NCBI GenBank assembly: GCA_977017645.1
Contig: OZ360229.1
Span: 51,150,001-51,214,000, forward strand
DNA: 64,000 nucleotides
Source: Torpedo marmorata
Lineage: Eukaryota
Reading direction: 5' to 3'
Positions 26,583 to 37,430 of the stretch are shown one piece after another; position 1 is the stretch's first letter; each line of letters starts with the position of its first letter. The notes below the pieces were generated by a model that was not told the origin of the DNA, did no database searches, and saw only the letters and a program-made list of their open reading frames with translations. The translations under genes were made by a program, and so were the position numbers.

Positions 26583-28430
26583 ATGGATGTAGAACATTTT
26601 TTGGAATCACCTGAACCTGATACTTTAAAAAAGGCGAAAAAGGAACAGTTAGTAGCTATAGCAACAGAGTTGGGCATTGCTTCTGTAAAACCATCTATGA
26701 AAAAGGCAGAGATTGGGAGAAAAATAGTCAAATACAATATAAAAGAAAAAAAGTTTGAGGAGAGCGTGTTAGAGCAGTTTCCCAAGGGTAAACCTTCTGA
26801 AAACATACAGTTGGAACTAAAGAAATTGGAATTGGAGGCAGCCAGGGAACAAAAGAAATTGGAGATAGCCAGGGAACAAAAGAAATTAGAGGCAGACAGG
26901 GAACAAAAGAAATTAGAATTGGAATTGGAAAAAAGGAAATTAGAATTGGAGGTAGCCAGGGAACAGAAGAGATTAGACTTAGAGAACGAGGAGAAAAATA
27001 GGATATATATGCTGGAAACGATAAAGTTGGAAAATGAGAGGAGACAAGAAGAGCGCCAAGATCAAATTCGTCATCCTGCTGAGGGGTTTTTGGCTAGTAG
27101 AGAAGTTAGGTTGGTTCCTCCATTTGAGGAGGCAGAAATAGATAAGTACTTCCAACATTTTGAGAAAGTGGCTGTGAAATTAAAATGGCCACAAGACCAA
27201 TCGTCTCTTATGTTACAAAGTGTAATAAAAGGAAAAGCTCAGCAAGCTTATTCTACTCTCACCACAGAGCAAGCTGCTGATTATGAAACGGTGAAAAAGG
27301 CTATACTCCAGGCTTATGAGTTAGTTCCAGAGGCTTATAGACAGAAGTTTAGAAATTTAAAAAGATCAGCAACCCAATCTTATACAGAGTTTGCCTATGA
27401 AAAAGTTGTGTGTTTTGACCGGTGGTGCACATCTAAGGAAGTAAACAATGATTACAATCAATTGGGAGAATTGATAATAATCGAGGAGATAAAAAGGTGT
27501 GTTCCTGAGGATATTAAGGCATACTTAGATGAAAAGGAGGTGAAAACTTGGCAAAATTCAGCTAAGTTAGCAGATGAATATGCTTTAACCCACAAGCCTA
27601 AGTGGACGTCAGGTAGAATTTTCCAAAAGGTCACGGTGGATAATCAGAAGCAAGTGGAAAGTAAATTTGGAAGTGGTGTTAAGAAAAGGGATGAAGGAAA
27701 GTGGAAAAGGGAAAACAATTCGGGTCCCATTTGCCACTATTGTAGGAAGGCTGGTCATATGCTAGCAAGCTGTCCAGTGTTGAAAAAGAAGAGAGAAAAG
27801 GATGCAACACCTAATGCTTGTATTCAGAGTGAGAAGATGTATAACACCCAGGAAGGAGATAAATTTACTGACAAAGTTAAAGATGTATTTAAACCTTTTG
27901 TGACTGATGGTTTTTTTTCAGTTAAGACAGGATCAAAACAAGTTCCAGTGAAAATCTTGCGAGATACTGGAGCTGCTCAGTCACTTGTGTTAGATAGTGT
28001 CTTGGAATTTTGTGAAGCTACTTACACCGGTGACATAAATTTAATTAAAGGAATTGGTGGTGAAGTTGAGTTCATTCCTTTGCACAAAATAGTATTGGAC
28101 TCAGACTTGGTGGAAGGACCAGTTATAATAGGAGTGAGATCAGAGTTGCCAGTAGAAGGAGTCTCACTGTTGTTAGGCAATGACTTGGCCAAGGGTAAAG
28201 TAGTTCCTGCAGTGCGAATGACCACTAAGCCAGTCATTGATAAGTCAGAGAAAGACTCTGATATTTATCTGGCATGTGCCATAACCAGGGCCATGTCGAA
28301 GAAAAATGTCACTGTAGAGAAGGCAGTGGAAAATAACTTGGTAAAAGAAAAAGACAGTGATAATCAAGAAAACGTGGAAAAGGTTGAGCAATCTCCTATG
28401 TTACACCCATCCATTGATAAAGACACCTAA
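26583..28430 (+). CDS. Gag (SCAN-like capsid, CCHC knuckle) plus aspartic protease, truncated by a frameshift
   Basis: VKKAILQAYELVPEAYRQKFRNL, CHYCRKAGHMLASC, ILRDTGAAQS, LLLGND. Confidence 0.85.
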   Translation: MDVEHFLESPEPDTLKKAKKEQLVAIATELGIASVKPSMKKAEIGRKIVKYNIKEKKFEESVLEQFPKGKPSENIQLELKKLELEAAREQKKLEIAREQKKLEADREQKKLELELEKRKLELEVAREQKRLDLENEEKNRIYMLETIKLENERRQEERQDQIRHPAEGFLASREVRLVPPFEEAEIDKYFQHFEKVAVKLKWPQDQSSLMLQSVIKGKAQQAYSTLTTEQAADYETVKKAILQAYELVPEAYRQKFRNLKRSATQSYTEFAYEKVVCFDRWCTSKEVNNDYNQLGELIIIEEIKRCVPEDIKAYLDEKEVKTWQNSAKLADEYALTHKPKWTSGRIFQKVTVDNQKQVESKFGSGVKKRDEGKWKRENNSGPICHYCRKAGHMLASCPVLKKKREKDATPNACIQSEKMYNTQEGDKFTDKVKDVFKPFVTDGFFSVKTGSKQVPVKILRDTGAAQSLVLDSVLEFCEATYTGDINLIKGIGGEVEFIPLHKIVLDSDLVEGPVIIGVRSELPVEGVSLLLGNDLAKGKVVPAVRMTTKPVIDKSEKDSDIYLACAITRAMSKKNVTVEKAVENNLVKEKDSDNQENVEKVEQSPMLHPSIDKDT

Positions 28431-30483
28431 AGGCACAGATTTGTCACTATCCCGACAGGAGTTAATAGCAAGGCAAAAGGACGATCCTGATCTTGCTGAG
28501 GTGAGGGATAAGGTTCTCTCTGAAGAGGAGATTAAAAAGGTGCCAGTGGGTTATTATGAAAAAGATGGGGTGTTGATGAGAAAGTGAAGACCATGTGATG
28601 TTCCTGCCAATGAAGAATGGGCAGTAGTGCAGCAGGTTGTGATCCCTAAAGTATATAGGGATGCAATAATAACTTTGGCACATAGTATACCCTTAGGTGG
28701 TCATCTTGGGGTGAAGAAAACTATAAGAAAGATAATGAAACAATTTTATTGGCCCAGTTTGAGAAGGGAGGTTGTAAGCGTTTGCCGGGCCTGTTACACT
28801 TGTCAGGTGGTGGGTAAACCTAATCAGGGTCCCCCGAAGGCACCCTTGCAACCTATCCCTGCTTTCAGTGAGCCTTTCTCGAGAGTAATTGTGGACTGTG
28901 TTGGCCCATTGCCCAAAACCAAAGCGGGGAATGAGTATTTGTTAACAATTATGTGTGCAGCCGCCAGATTTCCAGAGGCCATTCCTCTGAGAAACATTAA
29001 AGCAAAGTCAATTGTAAAGGCTATGGTAAAGTTTTTCACCTTGGTAGGTTTGCCAAGGGAAATTCAATCAGATCAGGGCAGTAATTTCATGTCAGGCGTT
29101 TTCCAACAAGTGGTTGATGGACTAGGAGTTAAACAGATTGTATCCTCTGCGTACCATCCAGAAAGTCAAGGGGCCTTGGAGAGGTTCCATTCGACTTTGA
29201 AAACCATGATTAGAACCTATTGTTGTGAGAAGGAAAAGGATTGGGATGAGGGGGTTCATTTGTTGTTATTTGCAGCGAGGGAGTCTGTCCAAGACTCACT
29301 TGATTTTAGTCCATTTGAGTTAGTTTTCGGACATGAGGTGAGAGGTCCTTTAAGATTATTAAAAGAACAGTGGATTAATCATGATGTGCATTTAAATCTG
29401 TTAGATTATGTTTCCAAATTTAAGGATCGATTGCATAGGGCTTGTAAGATGACAAAGGAGAATTTAAAGGCCACTCAACAGAGAATGAAGGTTTGGTATG
29501 ATTGAAAGGCGAAGATGAGAACTTTTAAACCTGGTGAGAACGTATTAGTTCTGTTTCCCATCCATTCAAATCATCTTAGGGCTAGATTTTCAGGACCCTA
29601 TAGAGTTAAGTCAAAAATTAATGATGTCACCTATGTCATAGAAACACCTAATCGCAGACGAGACACACAGGTCTGTCATGTGAACATGATTAAGCCATAT
29701 TTTGAAAAGGTGCCACACAAAGGGACTGAAAATTTACCAGAGGTACTGGTTATTGACAGGGGTAAGGAGGAGACAGATAAAACCAGTTTCAGAGAGGGTC
29801 ATGGAACTGTTAATTCTCGGGGTTATGTAGTAGGACAGGGGAAGTTGGCACCAGTAGAGGCAAAGGTTGTGACTATTTCCGAGTTCCCTGTTCCAACTGG
29901 TAAGAAAACTCTGAGGAGGTTCCTGGGAATGATTGGCTACTACCGCAAGTTCTGTAAAAACTTTGCTGATCTTGCGCTCCCTCTCACAAATTTGCTTTGA
30001 AAGAAAGAAAAATTTGTATGGTCTACAGGTTGTCAGGAAGCATTTGTCAAATTGAAAGCCATGTTATGCCACCAACCTGTGCTTAAGTCACCTAATTTAG
30101 AACAGCCGTTTTCTTTAGTCGTGGATGCTAGCGATGAAGCTGTGGGTGCGGTGCTGTTACAGAAGAAGAACGAAGAGGACATTGACCATCCGGTATCCCA
30201 CTTCTCGAAGAAGTTCAATGATCATCAAAGGAATTATTCAACCATAGAAAAAGAGTTGTTGACTCTTGTGTTGGCTCTACAACACTTTTATGTGTATATC
30301 TGTACAGCTCAAAAACCATTCATAGTGTATACTGACCATAATCCATTGGTTTTTCTTTGTAAAATGAAAAATAAGAATCGACGGTTGTTCAATTGGAGTC
30401 TAATTTTGCAAGAATATAATTTGGTAATCATTCATATAAAAGGGAAAGATAATGTAATTGCTGATTGTCTTTCTAGATGTTAA
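28431..30483 (+). pseudogene. pol remainder of copy A: integrase, RT C-terminal stub, RNase H
   Basis: HSIPLGGHLG..C..C, DCVGPLP, SDQGSNF, YHPESQGALER, FSGPY, VDASD, YSTIEKE, YTDHNPL, NVIADCLSR. Confidence 0.9.
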
Positions 30484-30615
30484 ACTTTATTAATGAAAAT
30501 AGTTCATATTTTGTATTTGTGGATGAACATTGTAGATTTTGTTTATATTCTGACACCTCAATTACTTTCCTAAATTTTGTTCTTGCAGACCAAAATTTCC
30601 TTTGTGGGTGGGAGG

Positions 30616-31530
30616 TGTTATGGACCATGACTGACCATTTGGACTGCGGACGGTCAGCAGGAAGGATGAAGTCTTTTGGAGTATACACTGGGGCCAGGTA
30701 CTGAAAGAGTTAACTTCCCCAGGACTTGGTGTACCCAGACAGAGAGAGAATCAAGCTGTGGACAAAGATACATTGTTGCACTTTTGGTGTACCCAGACAG
30801 AGAGAGACCAGAGAGAGAGAGACTGTGGACAAGATACATTTGTTGCACTTTTGTAAAAAGCAGGTGCAGATCTCTGCAGAAAAAGCAGACTGTTGTAAGT
30901 TGCAGAGGCTAGAGAACACAGCCAAATCCAGGTTTGTGCAGCCAGAGAAAAGACTGGCAGAATAGCACATGGCCTCCTGTCTCAGAGAAATTCTGAGGAA
31001 AAGCAACTTCTGTGGAGAACAGGCGTGAGATCAGCGAGACTAGCTGTGAGATTCAAGAACACGCCTAAATCAATGGTATGCTGATCTGAACTCGCAATCC
31101 TTATGAACACACAAGAAGGGGACGTCATCAGAGAAGAAAACAAGTATTTGTAAGCATAAACAGTCATTGTCTCTCTCCAACGTTCATTCAGAAGTATTTC
31201 TACCAGACACAGAGCTGAATTTGAAGCCTGAACTTAGAGAGTGAATTTTGTAGACTGTATTATTTATTTTTTTGACTGACTTGTTTTTTATGACTGACCT
31301 GGGGTTTTTGGGGAAAGTTTTTCCATTTTTACATAAGGGTTGGGCACAGACTGTAATGGTCTGGGCTTTAAACACACACACACCTTTTAGATAAGAATAG
31401 TGTTTATAGACGTTTATAGTGGGGTTAATTGTTGTGAAATTATATGTTTAATTGTGTTTAATAAATATAAATTTCAGTTTTACCCCTTTTGCATTGCGTC
31501 TTCTGTCGTTGCTGGTTTGATTTTGTAACA
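30616..31530 (+). repeat. 3' LTR of copy A
   Basis: Follows the PPT; carries an internal ~60-bp duplication absent from the 5' LTR. Confidence 0.93.
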
Positions 31531-32348
31531 CTCACAATTAGTGATGTGGTTTTTAAAAATAAACATCGAACCAAAAGCCCTAACCACATTTCTACCAATT
31601 TAAATGGAAGGTATTTCATCCTGGAATGTAAAGTATGTGCACTAATACTTAGATCAAAGACCTCAGCAATTCATCACTTGATTTGTATGAGGGTCAGCAT
31701 TAGAATAACCTGGTCTTGATATCTGTGGTGACAGAACCTCCACATGTTGCATTATCATTTGCAAAGTTCTGAAAGATTTTTCTCAACTTCAAACGGTTCA
31801 CACTGCAAAACTACCATTTTTGAGCATGTATTTTTGTTGTCCAAATGGAAGCTTATTATTAGACAGCAGAGGATCTAATGTGCATCTTTTGTCCTAAAAA
31901 GTTGATTTCCACGCTGTATAGCAAACCTTTTTTTACTCCAGACATAAATGAAAGGATTAACTAGCACTAGTAAAAAGAGTGATTAGTGCAAAGCAGAAAT
32001 GATTAATTCTTGACTCTGGTCTCTTTTGTCTCACCATCCTTGCTGTGACCCTTCAGTTAACTGATCTTTAACCTGCTGCACAGTTCCCATGGTATTTCTT
32101 GGAGTTTGGAACTGCTGACAGCATTCAGCCTTGGGCTGCATCCTACCAGAAGCCTGTAATCAGTACTGTGTAACTGATCAATTCAGTATGATGTAGAATA
32201 TTGCCATGTCTATGTTACCAAATTATCGCAGTATTTCCAAGTCTTTTATTGTGTGCAACTTGCTTCAAGATTTCTGACCGAGATGTCGGATTTCGTCATG
32301 CACCAACAACATACCTATTTTTACTTGAAACACAAAGAGACTGTACAA

Positions 32349-32563
32349 TACACAAACATGCTGGATAAACTAAGCAGGTCATGCAGCATCCATATGAAGT
32401 AAAGGGTAATCACGGATTCGGGCCTGGGACCTTTGTCAGGCCAAGCGCAAAACATTGGTTGCCCTTTATTTCCTATGGACGCTACGTGGCCTGCTGAGTT
32501 TCTTCAGCACATTTGTGAATTGCACTCAACCCAGCATCTGCAGACGTTCTTGTTTAACACAAA
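32349..32563. mobile_element. Degenerate palindromic element of two inverted Penelope termini
   Basis: tgctggataaactaagcagg...catccata mirrored by tatggacg...cctgctgagtttcttcagca; flanking actgtacaa at 32340 and 32564. Confidence 0.65.
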
Positions 32564-32689
32564 ACTGTACAAAGTGCTCCAGAAAGGGTTTGAAAATAAT
32601 CAAAGCAAGAGGGTAGATAATAGTGCAAAATTTGATTTAAGAAGTGAAAAGAAAAAAAAAATAGTGGAGGAGAGGATTTTTAAAAAACT

Positions 32690-32930
32690 TTCATTTAGAG
32701 ATACAGCACAGTAACAGCCCCTTCCGGCCCATGAGCCCACGCTGCCAAATACACCCCATGTGACCAGTTAACCTACTAATCCCGTATTCTTTGGAATGTG
32801 GGAGGAAACCGGAACACCCAGGAAATCCAACGCATACATGGGGAGAATGTACAAACTCCTTGAAGACAGCGCCATATTCGAACCCAGGTCACGGGCGCCG
32901 TAATAGCGTTGTGCTAACCGCAACACTAAA
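32690..32930 (-). mobile_element. tRNA-derived V-domain SINE
   Basis: Reverse complement of the SINE at 34519; B box gggttcgaat; V-core. Confidence 0.8.
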
Positions 32931-34289
32931 TATGGAGAGTGTTTCAGAGAATTGAAGTAAAGCTGTTGCCAGCTTCCTCATAAATAGTGAGTCAGGAAGT
33001 AGAAGTAGCAAATAATATGATGGACCCCAGGCTGTATTCAGAGGATTCTGGTAATAAAGAAACAAAAGTGCTGAAGTGCTCTGTTAGTCAGCCGTTGTTG
33101 ATGGTGAGGAGTTAATAGTTTGGCTTTGTCATCAAAGTAATAATTGAGAAACTGAGGGGGGAATGGATGAAGAGATCAAAAAGGAAGGTCGATGATGGGG
33201 ATGAATCTAAGAAAGATTAATGAGCAAACGGAATGACAGTGCTAGATGAAAGATAAGTGAGAAATTGGTCTGGAAGAGGTGTTTCGGGAGTAGCACAAGA
33301 TAAGTTTGGTCTCGTCAATATTGCTTGATGTTTCAGATAAGTGGATAGATTATCGAGCTTGCTGCTCATTTTTTAGCTATTGTTTATGAATTTAAGGCTG
33401 TCACAGGCCATGCTCTCTCACTCCTTGTTGCCCCTGTTCAATTCCTGATGGAATTTTGCAGTCTGATAGAGTGGACTTCGCAGTGCAGCTGAGATATCAT
33501 CAGTCACATGACTGGTCTTCGGATGTGTTGATGGTGTCAGTCTTCAAGGTACATTCCCAAAAGTATGCAGTTACGGCTGAAACAGCAATAAAAACAAAAA
33601 CACATTTAAATAATGACCCTCAGAGATGAGCAAGTCATAAAAAAAAAGATATTTTATATAATGCATGTATTTTACTACCTCTGGAAGATGTTTAGCGAGA
33701 AGTGCATCACTTGAAGAGCACATTGAAGGCACTTCAATGCTTCCACTCACATTATGGTAAAAGGGGGCTCTTCAGTTACATTTCCCTACATGGAGGCAAA
33801 CGTGATGATTAAAGCTGGGCCCCAGACCCAAGCTACAAACAGGACGATCCAAGGAGTCCCTAATCACATCCTCATCCGTTGTCAGCTCTGTCCTTTTGTA
33901 ATGATGACGTACTATTCATTCTTGGCTGGAAATAAATATACCACATTTGTCTCCGACTTTAATGTTAATTTTATTTAGTTGTTTGCGTTCCCATTCTTTA
34001 GTTATTTTCTGTCTTCCCTGCACCTCTCTCTTTCTTAGATGATAATGTCAATGAGTTTATTGTCATATACTGTCTATTGTACAATGTATGTATGCACCAA
34101 GATTCTTAAAATGTATATGACAATAAACTTGCTATCATCTCAGAAAATAAATTATATATCTGGAGAAGGGTGGGAATATTTAAGCTAACTCATGTACAGA
34201 ATAATTAAACCCATGAATAGGCTATGTATGAAGATAAAACTGATTCATAGATTGGTCCGTGAAACTTTGGGTGAATATAGGGTAATTTT

Positions 34290-34435
34290 TGAATAATAGG
34301 GGGATTAAGGGTTATGGGGAACAGGCAGGTAAGTGCAGCTGAGTCCACAGCCAGATCAGCCATGATCTTATTGAAAGGTGGAGCAGGCTCAACGGGCCAG
34401 ATGACCGACTCCTGCTCCTATTTCTTACGTTCTGA
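34290..34435 (+). mobile_element. CR1-type 3' end fragment
   Basis: ggattaagggttatggg...cagccatgatcttattgaa...gactcctgctccta. Confidence 0.55.
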
Positions 34436-34518
34436 ATAATTATGACATGAAATCAAATGTACTTACTCACTATTGGTGTCTCATTTAACTCACTATCAGG
34501 GACTGTTTAGTACATCTG

Positions 34519-34775
34519 CAGCACATTAGCGTAGCAGTTAGCGCAACACTGTTACAGCGTCAGCAATCGGGACCGGGGTTTGAATCCCGCACTGTCTGTA
34601 AGGAGTTTGTACGTTCTCCCTGTGTCTGCGTGGGTTTTCCCCAGGGGCTCCGGTTTTCTCCCATCCTTCAAAAAAAACGTACCAGTGGTGTAGGTCAATT
34701 GGGTGTAATTGGGCGGCACGGGCTCGTGGGCCGAAAGGGTCTGTTACCGTGCTGTATGTCTAAATAAATAAAAAT
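34519..34775 (+). mobile_element. tRNA-derived V-domain SINE (HE1-like)
   Basis: A/B-box-like tagcgtagcagttagcgc and gggtttgaatcccg; V-core gtctgcgtgggtt..ctccggtttt; (taaa)n tail. Confidence 0.85.
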
Positions 34776-35326
34776 ATTTATATGAAGTTCAGTAGTCTGC
34801 AGTTAGTTTTGCCAGCATACCAAGCAAGATAAAAGTTCATCAGTAATTCTAATGCAACATACTTTTGAAATGTTTAGAAAACATAGAACAGTACAACACA
34901 GTAAGAAGCTCTTCAACCCACACACCTGCAGTGAACACAATGTCCAATTTAAATGAAAAATGTGAGCCTTGTAATTGATACGTATCCCTCTGTTCCCTGC
35001 ATATTTTGTGTTTAATTTTCTCCCACTCAGACCATCCAGTACTCAAGGGGTGATTTGATTGATGTTTCCAAAATACTCAGGGGGAATGGTGGGGTTGATA
35101 CAAACTCTTTCAACTGGTTGGAGAGTCAAGAGCTCAGGCGCAATGTTCAAAAATCAGGATTGAAGTCAGAAGTGAGAGTGGTAAATATTTAGGTCATCTG
35201 TGCAAATGGTAATTGATGCTGCATCAACATTGATCTTAAATCTTAAAGGAGAATATATTGTGAAACAAAGATTTAAATGGAATTTGGAATAAAGGGCATA
35301 TACATGGGAACCTTTAAATTGATGAT

Positions 35327-35931
35327 TGTAGTGTATTCTAGGTTTAGATATACACAAGCACACGGAGACGTGGTGCTTCATTCATCCTTTATTACTAATC
35401 TAACAATGGTTTCCCGCACCACGCTTTATATAGTGCGTGATGATGTCATGATGTCATACGCGGCGTACCAAGACTGCGTGTATCCACAACACTCTTCCCC
35501 CCCACAGAATATAGATGATTAGACATTCCCAGGTAACAAGTATGTAAAACTACCATAACTACTGAGGTATACTGTGGGAACTACAACTACAAAATATTAT
35601 GTAACAATAGGAACTACAACTACAGAATATCACTAATAATAATAATCATAACATGTCAAGTGTCCCGTTCATGGTACATAGTCTCTCAGATGTTCCGGAG
35701 GACGTCATTGTCGGTGTGATCTTCCACGTTTTCCCTTCTTTCTTCTCTGTGAGTGAGCCTGTAGGGCTCACTGATGTGGTAGTTTTTCTTTCTTTTCTTC
35801 TCCTCCCTTTACTTGTTAGGGAAGTTCGTTTTGATCCTCGTCGCCAATCTGTAGTGTATTCTAGGTTTAGATATACACAAGCACACGGAGACGTGGTGCT
35901 TCATTCATCCTTTATTATTAATCTAACAATG
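35327..35931 (-). mobile_element. TRIM-like miniature LTR element (165-bp LTR, 358-bp internal region); 5' LTR truncated at a Penelope junction
   Basis: Full LTR 35327-35491; partial copy 35850-35931; PPT ggggggaagag abutting 35491; PBS tggcgacgaggat (35846-35834); pol C-terminal remnant RPPEHLRDYV. Confidence 0.8.
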
Positions 35932-37430
35932 ATTAACTTCACTTGTATATCCGCGGGAGTTATCTACTGCATTCGGTGCTCCCTTTGTGACCTTCTCTAC
36001 ATCGGAATGACTGGGCGCAGTCTGGGAGATTGCTTCGCTGAGCACCTTCGCTCTGTCCGCATCAGTGACAGGGATCTCCCAGTGGCCAACCACTTCAATT
36101 CTGCACCCCACTCCCATGCTCCCATGTCTGTCCATGGCTTCATTTACTATTCCACCAAGACCACCCATAAATTGGAGGAACAACACTTGATTTTCCATCT
36201 GGGCACTCTCCAACCGGATGACATTAACATCGACTTCTTCAGTTTCTGCTAGCATACCGAGCCATACCACGACCACACTTCGGCAAGTCTGATCACCTGG
36301 CTGTACTTCTACTCCCAGCGTACAAGCAGAGACTGAAGACCACAGCACCAGTGGTGAGGACGGCGAAAGTATGGAAGAGGGAGGCGGAGGAGCGTCTGCA
36401 GGACTGCTTTGAATCGGTGGACTGGAACATATTCAAGCACTCAGCCATAAACCTAAATGAATATGCAACAGGTGTCACCGACTTCATCAAGACCTGCGTG
36501 GATGAGTGTGTGCCCACGCGCAAATACCGGGTGTTCCCCAACCAGAAGCCCTGGATGAATCAGAGAATTCACAACCTGCTGAGGACGAGAACAAGGGCGT
36601 TTAAGGCCGGGGACCAGGATCTTTACAAGAAGACCAGGCACGACCTGCAGAAGGCCATCTCTGAAGCAAAGTGGAAATTCCGGAGGAAGCTAGAGACAGA
36701 GACAGATACACGCCAGCTATGGCAGGGAGTGCAGGCCATTACAGCCTACAAAGCGAGGGCGAACACTATAGACGGCTGTGATGCTTCACTACCCGATGAG
36801 CTGAACACCTTCTATGCCCGCTTTGAGAAGAAGACCCAAACAGTGCCTACTAGAATCCCTGAAAAGGCTGAGGACCCTGTGATATCTGTCTCTGAGTGAG
36901 ACGTCAGAACATCATTCAAGAGGATGAACCCTCGCAAGGCATCAGGCCCTGACGGCGTACCTGGCAGGGTATTGAAAATCTGCACCAACCAATTAGCCGG
37001 AGTGTTCACGGACATTTTCAACCTCTCATTGCGGTAGTCAGATGTTCCCACCTGCTTCAAAAGGGCATCAATAATCCCGGTACCCAAGAAGAGTAGTGTG
37101 AGTTGCCTCAACGACTACCGCCCAGTAGCACTAACTTCTACTGTGATGAAATGCTTTGAGAGGCTGGTCATGGCCAGAATTAACACATACCTAAGGAAAG
37201 ATCTGGACCCACGGCAATTCGCCTATCGCCACAATCGCTCCACAGCAGATGCAATATCGCTGGCTCTCCACTCAGCTCTGGATCACCTCGAAAACAGCAA
37301 TTCATACATACGGTTGCTCTTCATCGACTACAGCTCGGCCTTCAATACCATTATTCCCTCAGTGCTGGTCAAGAAGCTACAAACTCTAGGCCTCTGTACC
37401 CCCCTCTGCAACTGGATCCTTGACTTTCTC

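Larger units (their letters stand above)
25596..31530 (+). mobile_element. Gmr1-type Ty3/Gypsy LTR retrotransposon copy A (most of RT deleted)
   Basis: Two TG...CA LTRs; 4-bp TSD ctca (25592-25595, 31531-31534); PBS; PPT gggtgggagg; gag-PR-IN-(RT)-RH order. Confidence 0.95.

Noticed and set aside
28400-28435. Programmed frameshift or stop between PR and IN in copy A
   Set aside because: Copy C reads through (TDKTPKGTD); A has one extra A (gataaagac vs gataagac), so this is a mutation
25596-31530. Ty1/copia or endogenous retrovirus call from IN-before-RT order or tRNA-Pro PBS
   Set aside because: RT/RH/IN motifs are Gypsy-type, there is no env, and the order is typical of Gmr1
34519-34595. 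tRNA gene
   Set aside because: It is the tRNA-derived head of a SINE, followed by the V-core and LINE tail
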